Positions 18,638 through 27,412 of a stretch of 64,000 nucleotides of DNA are shown in pieces. The notes under the pieces are model-generated. The model ran no database searches. It saw only the letters and a program-made list of their open reading frames with translations, and was not told where the DNA came from. The position numbers and the translations under genes were made by a program. The stretch is taken from NCBI GenBank assembly GCA_965140445.1, contig OZ223236.1, positions 4,928,001 to 4,992,000 on the forward strand. The letters are read 5' to 3'. Each line of letters opens with the position of its first letter. The first letter of the stretch is position 1. Source of the DNA: Candidatus Ozemobacteraceae bacterium (lineage in GTDB: Bacteria > Muiribacteriota > Ozemobacteria > Ozemobacterales > Ozemobacteraceae).

Positions 18638-18715
18638 TACAAACTCTCATTAAACATTTACGAATGCTAGTTTTACCACAAAATAAGGTTATTGCCAACC
18701 AAGCCCAATTTGTAC

Positions 18716-18752
18716 AAAAAGCAAAATGACTCACCATAAGCTGATGAGTCAT
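18716..18752 (-). terminator. Intrinsic terminator after hypothetical gene
   Basis: ATGACTCATCA-N5-TGGTGAGTCAT then TTTGCTTTTT on minus strand. Confidence 0.6.
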
Positions 18753-18778
18753 CAAAGTTCAAGATTTCATGGAATCAT

Positions 18779-19462
18779 TCAGACATTAATTGAACCAATA
18801 AAGTCGTTAAAGAAGTTCCAGATAGAATCAGCTTTACCGCTAGTTTCAATACCTTTTGCAAGTTTGTTTAAATCTGACTTCATAGCATCACTTTCTTTAC
18901 CCGAAAGATTGCTCTCTGTAACCGCATCAAAAAATTTCTGAACAGTTTCAGACTTGCCCACTGATGCCCCAGAATAATCAGCATTTTCAACTGCTTTATA
19001 ACCACGATTCAAAGCAGCAACACCTTCGGAGCCGGTCTTTTCCATTGTTGAAGTGAAAAGATTGGTAAAAGTGCTGCCAGCTGAGTTTCCATAGGTATTT
19101 GCAATACTATTCTGGTTTGAGAAAGTTTCGGCAAGTGTTTTTGAATCCGAGCTGGCCAAAACTGAAGCACTCGTTAAAAAACGAACAGTTTTTAAAGAAT
19201 CCGAGCTTGAATTAACCTGACTCAAAGCGTTCTGAAAACCGCTATAAGCATTAAAATCAGCATTTTGGTGCAAGTTTTGAACCACATTATTTATCTTTGC
19301 GCCATTGGCTGAAATAGCTGCTGAACTAACTTTCGCGTTTGTTGCGTCTGAAAGTAATTTAGCAGAATTTTTAAGCTGATCCGGTTGAATGCTTGAGGAA
19401 GTAAGATTCTGAGTCAGAATCTGTTGAATATACGGATTACTATTTATTCTTCCCGTAGACAT
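18779..19462 (-). CDS. Hypothetical Ser/Asn/Ala/Thr-rich helical protein
   Basis: ATG behind GGAGG; 227 aa; no Sec signal; own terminator. Confidence 0.75.
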   Translation of the reverse strand: MSTGRINSNPYIQQILTQNLTSSSIQPDQLKNSAKLLSDATNAKVSSAAISANGAKINNVVQNLHQNADFNAYSGFQNALSQVNSSSDSLKTVRFLTSASVLASSDSKTLAETFSNQNSIANTYGNSAGSTFTNLFTSTMEKTGSEGVAALNRGYKAVENADYSGASVGKSETVQKFFDAVTESNLSGKESDAMKSDLNKLAKGIETSGKADSIWNFFNDFIGSINV

Positions 19463-19625
19463 AATTAGCCGCCTCCATGCGTGTACCCTTTTAGGCCTCT
19501 CTACTCTAAAAATAGCCCAAATTTCGCATTTTGTCCAGACGCCAAAATTAACCAATCCATGATGTTCCCGCTTAAAAATGAGAACGAAAGACTGATTAGC
19601 AATTAATTATACGGTTTACAATCAA

Positions 19626-20873
19626 TCAAAGGTCACTGTTATCCATTAAAAATCGATCAAGCTCCTCTTTAAGAAATGGAATAAACTGTGAAGCATGGAA
19701 TTTAGCATTTTCCGCATCTTCTTCGGCTTTTTCCGAAGCCAACGCGGAACTTTCAGACATTAGTTTTAATCTCACAAGTCGCTTTCTCCAGCCCGCATCT
19801 TTATTCATTTCCTCTGCCAGCAAATGAAGCAAGTGATCATAAGTAGAGAACGGGACCTGTTCAATATTTTCATTCAGAAACCCATTACAGCAAGCTACAA
19901 TAATCGCATATATATCGTTTTCAACAAATAAATTATCGGTGTCATGGTGCTTTTCAATTGCATTCTGAATGTATTCCGGCAAACCTATTTCCATGGCAAA
20001 ATATTTTCCGATCTCCAGATGTGTAACCCCAAAAACATCCAATTCAGCGTCTTCAGGTAAAACTTTGTCGTTTCTAATCTTCATTAAAACTTTGGCATAG
20101 TCCTGAAAGCTATAAAAAGAAAGCGCAAGCGAACCAATGTCATGAAGAAGACCGCAAACCCTTGCTTTGCCGACAGAAGGCTTGTCTAAACCAACAATTT
20201 GAGCAAGATACGATGAAAGATGGGCACTTCGTCTTAAGTGAGCCAGAAGAGAACTTTGATTAGGAAAAACAGCTGAAAAACCGTTAAAAATAACGTGCAT
20301 TAGAATTTCTCGAATGCCTTCAAGCCCAAGATAAGCCACAGCATTCTTCAAAGTTTCGATTGGAATTCTTCGCATAAAATATGCGGTATTGGCAGTTTTA
20401 AGTATTCTTACAACAAGATTCGGATCTTGCGAAGCCATCTCCTCAATCTCTTCAAAGGTGACTTCTGGATTTCTTAAAAGTTGTAAAAGAGAATAAGCAG
20501 AAGATCTCAATGGAGAAATACTTTCCATCTGCTTTAATACTTTTTCGCGGCAATTCTCACCTTTAATTCGATGCTTGGCCGCCAATATATCTGAAAAAAT
20601 CTTAATTCCGTTTAACTCAAAAGGAATCTGCTTTTCATTATCTGAAACAATTTTTAACTGTCCAAACTCCCCGATTTTTTCCAGAGTTCCTTTTACTGAA
20701 GGACTCAATGAAGAGCCTTCCTGCAAGTTCAATATGGTGTGACTAAATTTCTGCCCCAACAATGCCAAAGTAGCAATTGCTTTATGTGTTCCATTTATCT
20801 GGGAATCGGTTACGGATATTTCTATAATCTTGTTGCCATGATCTCTTAATGCAAATGGGTGCTTAGCCTCCAT
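19626..20873 (-). CDS. HDOD domain protein with degenerate STAS-like N-terminus
   Basis: SQDPNLVVRILKTANTA, AVAYLG, GLLHDIG, THLEIG, LPEYIQNAIEKHH. Confidence 0.85.
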   Translation of the reverse strand: MEAKHPFALRDHGNKIIEISVTDSQINGTHKAIATLALLGQKFSHTILNLQEGSSLSPSVKGTLEKIGEFGQLKIVSDNEKQIPFELNGIKIFSDILAAKHRIKGENCREKVLKQMESISPLRSSAYSLLQLLRNPEVTFEEIEEMASQDPNLVVRILKTANTAYFMRRIPIETLKNAVAYLGLEGIREILMHVIFNGFSAVFPNQSSLLAHLRRSAHLSSYLAQIVGLDKPSVGKARVCGLLHDIGSLALSFYSFQDYAKVLMKIRNDKVLPEDAELDVFGVTHLEIGKYFAMEIGLPEYIQNAIEKHHDTDNLFVENDIYAIIVACCNGFLNENIEQVPFSTYDHLLHLLAEEMNKDAGWRKRLVRLKLMSESSALASEKAEEDAENAKFHASQFIPFLKEELDRFLMDNSDL

Positions 20874-20915
20874 TGTACCATCCTGAAATTAACAGTAACT
20901 TTTACAAACTTTTAT

Positions 20916-21668
20916 TTATGATAACAGACCAAAACCATGGTCTGGCTCTGGATTTCCTTTATTACTAAATTCTGGAACAACATCGTAAAGGTCTTTCTGA
21001 ACAAGAAATGGCAGATCCTCGCCCAATCCAATTTCCATTATAGCTTTACCTGAGCCGGACATTTCCAGCAGACGCAAAGGGTCTCTATAATAGCCATATA
21101 TTCCTAGAGCAGCCTGACCACCATCACCCAAAACGAATTTCTCATCCGCTGTAAAAGAAGAAACTAACTTTGAAATCAAGTAGCCAGCACAATAAGAATC
21201 ATCCAGAGCAAATTTTTCTTCTCGACCCGCACAAACAATCAGAATATCCATAGCTTTTTTTGCAGCAGTTTCAACGGCCTTTTTCACCACCGCACTACCA
21301 TTTAGAAAACAACCAAGATAAACATGAGGGGCAAGAACCAGGTCAGCAACCGCTCTAGTCCCATTACTGCTGGTAAAAACAAGGGTTTTATCTTCTAAAT
21401 CGGCTTTTGTATATTGAACAGGGCTATTTCCGAAGTCAAATCCTTCTGGAGGAAGGCCGCCACGCTCGCCACATAAAAGTGGATGCGTGGTTTGTTGAGA
21501 CGCAAACTTGGAAGCCTTCTGAATTGTTGTGGTTAAAAGCACTTTCTTAGGCTTTTTGCTCATAATAACAGTAAGGCTTGAAGTAGCCCTGACAACATCT
21601 ACAACAATGCATACTTTATTTGCTAAAGCCTGCACTTCAGCTGGTGTAAATGCTACATCAATATACAT
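20916..21668 (-). CDS. comB: 2-phosphosulfolactate phosphatase family protein
   Basis: VVDVVRATS, GERGG, GFDFGNSP, TSSNGT, VCAG, DDSYCAG. Confidence 0.9.
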   Translation of the reverse strand: MYIDVAFTPAEVQALANKVCIVVDVVRATSSLTVIMSKKPKKVLLTTTIQKASKFASQQTTHPLLCGERGGLPPEGFDFGNSPVQYTKADLEDKTLVFTSSNGTRAVADLVLAPHVYLGCFLNGSAVVKKAVETAAKKAMDILIVCAGREEKFALDDSYCAGYLISKLVSSFTADEKFVLGDGGQAALGIYGYYRDPLRLLEMSGSGKAIMEIGLGEDLPFLVQKDLYDVVPEFSNKGNPEPDHGFGLLS

Positions 21669-21681
21669 TTAAAACCCCATT

Positions 21682-22209
21682 TCAGTTTGAATTCAATCTT
21701 CTATCAAGCACAGCCTGGTAAATTCGCATATTTTCGCGATTTTCCGTCCTGTATCTTTCAATTTCCCTCAACAAGCTATTTTTTTGGCTTGAAGAGCTTT
21801 CACGGACAAGCTTTTCAAGTAGCTCATCACGTCTTTCATTACTCTTACAGATTCTATCTAACCGATCAATTAAATGAATAAGAAGAGATGATATTTCCAG
21901 GTTTTCAATCGATTCTTTTTCTGCTTTTGCTGGTTTTGATTCGCACTGGCGATCAAAAACCACATCCAATTCACCCATTTGCAGACGAGCACTTTTTATA
22001 GAATGTTTTTCCTGTTTTACAAGCTTTATAATTCTGTTAAGCGGTTCCAGGTGACGCTGGCGATAAACCCTGTGGCCTCCTGACGTTCGTTCCACATCTA
22101 AGGACAGGGGGAACTGAGTTTCATAATATCTAATTGTATGGGTTGGCAATCCCACAAGCTCACTAACTTCTTTAATGCTTAAAAAGTCTAGATCAGCCAT
22201 TATGGACAT
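21682..22209 (-). CDS. MerR-family HTH protein with C-terminal coiled coil
   Basis: SIKEVSELVGLPTHTIRYYE..RTSGGHRVY. Confidence 0.85.
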   Translation of the reverse strand: MSIMADLDFLSIKEVSELVGLPTHTIRYYETQFPLSLDVERTSGGHRVYRQRHLEPLNRIIKLVKQEKHSIKSARLQMGELDVVFDRQCESKPAKAEKESIENLEISSLLIHLIDRLDRICKSNERRDELLEKLVRESSSSQKNSLLREIERYRTENRENMRIYQAVLDRRLNSN

Positions 22210-22312
22210 TATGCTCCCTTAAGAAACTGGCAAATTTTCCTGGCCAGCTCTCAGGCTGTGCAACAAGCACAATAAACAGTAAGAGTACTACTGAAAGAGC
22301 AAATAGAAACAT
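22193..22312 (-). CDS. Unannotated 39-aa single-pass membrane peptide
   Basis: MFLFALSVVLLLFIVLVAQPESWPGKFASFLREHNVHNG; GGAGGT 6 nt upstream; stop overlaps the start of the MerR gene. Confidence 0.6.
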   Translation of the reverse strand: MFLFALSVVLLLFIVLVAQPESWPGKFASFLREHNVHNG

Positions 22313-22338
22313 GCATTAACCTCCGATTTGGTTATTAT

Positions 22339-22386
22339 TAAGGCTTTTAGCACCCCTAGTATCGGTAGAGGTCTAAATTCTGTTTA
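22339..22386 (-). promoter_or_regulatory. Sigma28 (FliA/SigD)-like promoter and 5' leader
   Basis: TAAA-N16-ACCGATAC on minus strand (22359-22386). Confidence 0.5.
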
Positions 22387-22404
22387 GCAAAACAAATTGA
22401 TTTT

Positions 22405-24288
22405 TTATGGGCTGACAACTTTGGCATTCATTAAACCAGCGGCAAGGCGATCTCCAACCTGAAGTAGATCCAAAATGAATTTAGAAGATGTTGCTATATC
22501 TAATTCAGGCTCATTTGCGGGTAGAGTTTTTTCTATCTTGCTTTCAAGCTTTACAATTGATGCTGCCAGCACTTCTGGATGATCAATCTTTATCTGAGAA
22601 ACAAGAGTGGAGTTAACTTCCTGGATTGGTTTATTTATCTGAGCATTTGGCAAAACAGGCAAAGATGGTAGCCTCATTTGGTTTCGTTTAATCATAGAAT
22701 CTGGATAAGGATTGCCCTGCGCAAATACCATTAGAGAAGAATTCCCCTCCACATAGTCTTTCAACCATGCTCTAATATCTACCTCCGGCGGCATTTCAGA
22801 GCCCAGAGAAAGTGGAGTCGGCTGGTTATATACCCTTTCCAATTGGTTTCTCAGTCTTTTTTCAAGGTTATAGAAACGAATTTTAAGCTCGCCATCAATT
22901 CCAGTTGCCCGTTCTGATCCTTTGGCCCCCCACCGGAGTTCAATTGAATGATAGGGATCAAACGACAAATCGAAAAGCCTTTTTAAGACTTTATCAAAAG
23001 TTAAATCAACATTCTTTCCCGCCGAATTTTGGTAAGAAATTGAATACTTATGGCTTAAAATGTCATAGGTCGAAATTAACTCAATAGCAAGTTGCTTAGG
23101 ACTACCATTAAAAACAACCTCCTTATTGCCCATTTCTAACTTTCTTATCATCTCTATTGTTTGATGATAAAAATCGAGAAAAGAAACTTTTAAACGAGCG
23201 TCTCTGGATGGAGTAGACAGTTCTTCCCAAACCCCATCTGTACCATAAATATTCCAGGGTAAAGCCCCGGGATGGCTTTTTTTATGAAGTCCTTTCTTTA
23301 TAGCCAGATTAACTGCTACAGCCCTATAACAAAGATCCTCATATAAATCTTTCATCATAAAGGAGAATTCCTTTATAGGATAAATCTTTCCTCCATTTTT
23401 TGAGAGACTCCCTCTAATAAAGTCAAAATATGAATTCGTTAAACGGCCTCTATAACTAAATTGTTTGCCATACTGCTCTGATGCAGAATAATCTGGAATA
23501 TTGTGGTTGCTTGAGCGACTGATTTTTCCATCAGAAGTATACCTTATAGGTCGCCAGCGCTTAAAACCTCCGCCGTTTTTTTCTGTCCCTCTGGAGAATT
23601 TTGGCCCAAACCATGGCTTTGAGATCGATCGATCGGGGTGCGCATCAATCATTCGAATTCGACCATCATCAGTAACCTTAGAAACCATTGCCACGTGGCC
23701 GTTGGGATCATAATAAATAGTTCCGGGTACAATTGATTCACGCTGAATCTTCACTGGATAGTGATCAGATTCCTCCTGTTTTGCAGACATTCTAAAGAAA
23801 CCAGAATTAATAAGAGTAACTTTCCGGAATAAATCTTTTGGCGAGGAAAAATAATCATGATCTCTAAATTCAATGGGTCTATTTCCGTCACTATATCTTT
23901 GATCACCACCCTTGCCTGAGATGGATGACACGTAGCTGAAAGGTAAGCGAAGTTTGTAAGCAACGTAAGCCCTGATAAGATAAGGCAAGTCCGCGCAATC
24001 TGGATACAATCCAATTTTCTTATCTTCCTCACCATAAAGTGGGTTTGCTTTTGGATCTCTAATAAATTTATTTAAGTTTGAATACTTTGAGCTTCCAAGC
24101 CTCTCGACAAAGTTTTGATATACGACTTCGTCTTCTTCAGACCAAAAGCTTTTACTTAGCTTCCAGGCTGCTGCATGCACATTTTCAAAATTAGTTCCAA
24201 GCAAAGCAACACCAATAATAAGAAAAACTTTTAGTATTGGCCAAATGCTAATTGCACGACTTCTAAATGATTTTAAGAGGCTCTTCAT
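22405..24288 (-). CDS. Secreted protein with putative papain-like/NlpC-P60-type Cys-His catalytic motifs
   Basis: Signal peptide ending VHA-A; DCADLPY; PGTIYYDPNGHVAMV; IRMIDAHPD. Confidence 0.7.
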   Translation of the reverse strand: MKSLLKSFRSRAISIWPILKVFLIIGVALLGTNFENVHAAAWKLSKSFWSEEDEVVYQNFVERLGSSKYSNLNKFIRDPKANPLYGEEDKKIGLYPDCADLPYLIRAYVAYKLRLPFSYVSSISGKGGDQRYSDGNRPIEFRDHDYFSSPKDLFRKVTLINSGFFRMSAKQEESDHYPVKIQRESIVPGTIYYDPNGHVAMVSKVTDDGRIRMIDAHPDRSISKPWFGPKFSRGTEKNGGGFKRWRPIRYTSDGKISRSSNHNIPDYSASEQYGKQFSYRGRLTNSYFDFIRGSLSKNGGKIYPIKEFSFMMKDLYEDLCYRAVAVNLAIKKGLHKKSHPGALPWNIYGTDGVWEELSTPSRDARLKVSFLDFYHQTIEMIRKLEMGNKEVVFNGSPKQLAIELISTYDILSHKYSISYQNSAGKNVDLTFDKVLKRLFDLSFDPYHSIELRWGAKGSERATGIDGELKIRFYNLEKRLRNQLERVYNQPTPLSLGSEMPPEVDIRAWLKDYVEGNSSLMVFAQGNPYPDSMIKRNQMRLPSLPVLPNAQINKPIQEVNSTLVSQIKIDHPEVLAASIVKLESKIEKTLPANEPELDIATSSKFILDLLQVGDRLAAGLMNAKVVSP

Positions 24289-24296
24289 TTCCAACT

Positions 24297-24323
24297 TAAT
24301 CGGCAGAAAGAGAAGTTTCTTGA
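24297..24323 (-). promoter_or_regulatory. Sigma28-like promoter
   Basis: TCAAG-N14-GCCGATTA. Confidence 0.6.
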
Positions 24324-24381
24324 ACCTTACATTTTGTTTTCAAAAAACATGGTGAACAAAGTAGCAAGATTAGCCGAATAA

Positions 24382-25425
24382 GTGAATAATATGAGCTATG
24401 GAATTCAAAAAAATAGGCTAACGCTCTTACTGCTAGGCTTGGTTACGTTAATTGGGCTTCAGGGGTTTATGCCCGATGAGTCAAAAAAGGCTTTTTTCAT
24501 TGCCCCGATTGAAAACCCCGCTATCTCTTTCTTTATGGATTTTGAAAAATCCGGGATCAACCTCTATTCAGAATCAAATGAATTAAAGCAAGTTATAAAC
24601 AAAATTACAGAGTTCCGCGAAACGCTTTCTAAAAAAAGTGAATCCTGCAAACCAGAGGATTTTTTTTATAACATAAAAAACATTGCAGATCTTAGTCTTG
24701 GAAAGCTTTTTTTCTACTTTGAAACTCCCCAGAACTTTGGAATATTCCTATCAGGTCGTTTTCCGCTTGATTATTTCAAGAAACTTTTTCCAAGCGTAAA
24801 ACCAAATTCTGGAGAAGATTTTTCGGTAACCATCGAAGTGGACATGGAAAGCGTTTCCCAGTTACTAATAGACTTTAAAAGCAATTTAATAAGCATTTGC
24901 CCAGCAAATAGTGCCGGAAACATTCTTTTCCCAGTTGAAAATAATCAAATCAAGATATCGCCAAAATACAACGCTTTCCGGAAAATGGTAACTGCTGGAG
25001 CAGCATTGGCTTTTGAAGCTGATTTCACCTCGATGCTTTCCAATCTTAAAAAAGCTCAATTTATTATTCCAGAAGAACTAAAATCTATTTCACATGTCCG
25101 ACTGGTTTCTGACCCTAGAATGCTAAAAGCACAGTTTTTTATTCCAGACGACGAAAAGCGAAACATTTACAACGAATCAATAAAAACATTACTAAAAAGT
25201 AATATGTTGAGCAGCTCAACTTTTATAGCAAATCTTAATCTTGAAGAAAAAGGTAATAGTCTGTTCCTAAGCCATCCTGCTTCAGATGAAGCAGTAAAGA
25301 CCGTTGGAACATCTGTTGGGGGGACCTTGATCCATTTCTTAGTCTGCAATCAAACAAAAATGAGTAAACAAAAGCAAGCTTCATTATCAAAAGCTATTTT
25401 AAAAGAATCTACAGCGGACAAATAA
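24382..25425 (+). CDS. Hypothetical protein with N-terminal hydrophobic anchor
   Basis: 347-aa ORF filling the gap; LTLLLLGLVTLIGL segment. Confidence 0.65.
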   Translation: MNNMSYGIQKNRLTLLLLGLVTLIGLQGFMPDESKKAFFIAPIENPAISFFMDFEKSGINLYSESNELKQVINKITEFRETLSKKSESCKPEDFFYNIKNIADLSLGKLFFYFETPQNFGIFLSGRFPLDYFKKLFPSVKPNSGEDFSVTIEVDMESVSQLLIDFKSNLISICPANSAGNILFPVENNQIKISPKYNAFRKMVTAGAALAFEADFTSMLSNLKKAQFIIPEELKSISHVRLVSDPRMLKAQFFIPDDEKRNIYNESIKTLLKSNMLSSSTFIANLNLEEKGNSLFLSHPASDEAVKTVGTSVGGTLIHFLVCNQTKMSKQKQASLSKAILKESTADK

Positions 25426-25435
25426 GATACATCAG

Positions 25436-26653
25436 TTATTCGTATCTAAAAGCCTCAATAGGATCTAATTGGGCAGCTTTCCAGGCTGGATATAACCCAA
25501 AAAAGATTCCCACCATTCCAGAGAAAACAAAAGAAATTGTCATGGAAGCAATTGAAACAATCGGTGCAAAATTAACAAAATAACCAATAATTTTGGAAAG
25601 CCCAACGCCACCTGCAATTCCAATAACGCCACCCAAACAGGATAAGGTTATAGCTTCAACAAGAAATTGCAAAAGTATATCTCTGGTCTTAGCTCCAATT
25701 GCCATACGAATCCCAATCTCTTTAGTTCTTTCCGTAACCGATACCAGCATAATGTTCATGATACCAATCCCGCCAACTACAAGAGATACCGAAGCAATAC
25801 TTCCCAGAAGCAGACCAATAATTGTTAATGTTGAACCAGCCATTTCAGCAATATCGTCCTGAGTGCGAATATGAAAATCTGCTTCGTCGTCGTTTTTAAC
25901 TCTATGGCGACGATTTAGAACTGTTTTAATTTCTTCTTTGGCACTATCAACCAAATCTGGCGCTGCTGCTGAGATAAAAAGCTGTTGAATATGATCGATT
26001 CCCAGAACTCTTCTTTGAACAACACTTAGTGGAGCAACCATAATATCGTCCTGATCTGCGCCCATAGAGCTTTCTCCACGTGATTCAAAAACTCCGACTA
26101 CCGTAAGCGGAATCTTTTTAAATCTAATGACTTGCCCTAAGGGATTCAAATTTCCAAAAAGATTTTCTACAACAGTTTCGCCAACAACACAAACCTTTGC
26201 ACCATTTTTAATTTCAGCCGCGGTCATATATCGCCCAAGCTCAACCTTCGTTGAACGGACCTTAGAGTAGTCTTCTGTTGATCCCATCAACTGTGTAGAC
26301 CAGTTTTGATTGCCAAAAACAACCTGTCCCGATGTTCTAACCGATGGAGCAATCATTGCAACCGACGGGCACTCCCTGAGAACAGCATTGGCATCTGCTT
26401 CAGTAAGAGTTGTAGAGGTTCCGCGTGGACCATGAAAGCCCCTTTTATTCTGAGCACCAGGCATAACCATAATGAGATTTGTTCCCATCTTGGAAATATT
26501 TTCCTGGACTGAATAATAAGCGCCTTGTCCAAGCCCAACCATAGCTACTACTGAAGTAACACCAATAATAATACCCAAAGCTGTTAAAAATGAACGAAGC
26601 TTATTTCTACTAAGGCTCAGAAAAGCCAGTTTTAGAATTCCAAAAAACGTCAT
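25436..26653 (-). CDS. MacB/FtsX-type ABC transporter permease
   Basis: RSFLTALGIIIGV, GGIGIMNIMLVSVTERTKEIGIRMAIGA, LDPIEAFRYE. Confidence 0.93.
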   Translation of the reverse strand: MTFFGILKLAFLSLSRNKLRSFLTALGIIIGVTSVVAMVGLGQGAYYSVQENISKMGTNLIMVMPGAQNKRGFHGPRGTSTTLTEADANAVLRECPSVAMIAPSVRTSGQVVFGNQNWSTQLMGSTEDYSKVRSTKVELGRYMTAAEIKNGAKVCVVGETVVENLFGNLNPLGQVIRFKKIPLTVVGVFESRGESSMGADQDDIMVAPLSVVQRRVLGIDHIQQLFISAAAPDLVDSAKEEIKTVLNRRHRVKNDDEADFHIRTQDDIAEMAGSTLTIIGLLLGSIASVSLVVGGIGIMNIMLVSVTERTKEIGIRMAIGAKTRDILLQFLVEAITLSCLGGVIGIAGGVGLSKIIGYFVNFAPIVSIASMTISFVFSGMVGIFFGLYPAWKAAQLDPIEAFRYE

Positions 26654-27408
26654 TGGTTCTGCTCCTCCAAATTTTCACGAGGTGGCAACTTTTTTAACTC
26701 TTCTTTTGCACAAAGCCGGTCAATTATTGGTTCATCAGACACAATTTTCCCATCTCTCAGCCTTACAATTCTGCTTGTATAAAGAACAATATCAGGCTCG
26801 TGAGTAATCAGTATTATTGAAATTCCTTTTGCATTCAGGTCCTGAAAAATTCCCATAATTTCTATGCTGGAATAGGTGTCAAGATTTCCAGTTGGTTCAT
26901 CAGCCAGAATAACTGAGGGATTATTTACGAGGGAACGGGCGATCGCAACACGCTGCTGCTGACCACCTGAAAGTTGATTAGAGTGGTGGTGTTCTCTGCC
27001 TTTTAGACCAACAGCCTCCAAAGCTGCCATTGCTCTTTCAGTTCTTTCTGCATGAGGAACTCCAGCGTAAACCATTGGCAATTCAACGTTTTCTAATGCA
27101 CTGGTTCTAGAAAGTAAATTGAAGCCCTGGAAAACAAAGCCAATTCTACGGTTTCTAACCATAGCCAGTTGGTCTTTTGTAAAATTAGAGACATCTTCGC
27201 CTTCAATCATGTAAAGACCCTTGGTAGGACGATCCAGACAACCAAGAATATGCATTAAGGTTGACTTTCCTGAGCCTGAGGCACCCATAACCGAAGTAAA
27301 TTCCCCTTTTTCAACCTTTAGATCCAGACTTCTAAGGGCTTTAACAGAAACGCCTTCCATGAAATAGGTTTTTTCTAATTGTCTTACTTCCAGTAATGGT
27401 AGTCCCAT
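26650..27408 (-). CDS. MacB/LolD-type ABC transporter ATP-binding protein
   Basis: GASGSGKST, LSGGQQQRVAIAR, ILADEPTGNLD. Confidence 0.95.
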   Translation of the reverse strand: MGLPLLEVRQLEKTYFMEGVSVKALRSLDLKVEKGEFTSVMGASGSGKSTLMHILGCLDRPTKGLYMIEGEDVSNFTKDQLAMVRNRRIGFVFQGFNLLSRTSALENVELPMVYAGVPHAERTERAMAALEAVGLKGREHHHSNQLSGGQQQRVAIARSLVNNPSVILADEPTGNLDTYSSIEIMGIFQDLNAKGISIILITHEPDIVLYTSRIVRLRDGKIVSDEPIIDRLCAKEELKKLPPRENLEEQNQ

Positions 27409-27412
27409 TTTG

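Noticed and set aside
20916..21668. comB as evidence of coenzyme M synthesis
   Set aside because: No comA/C/D/E is nearby, and stand-alone ComB-family phosphatases are common in bacteria.
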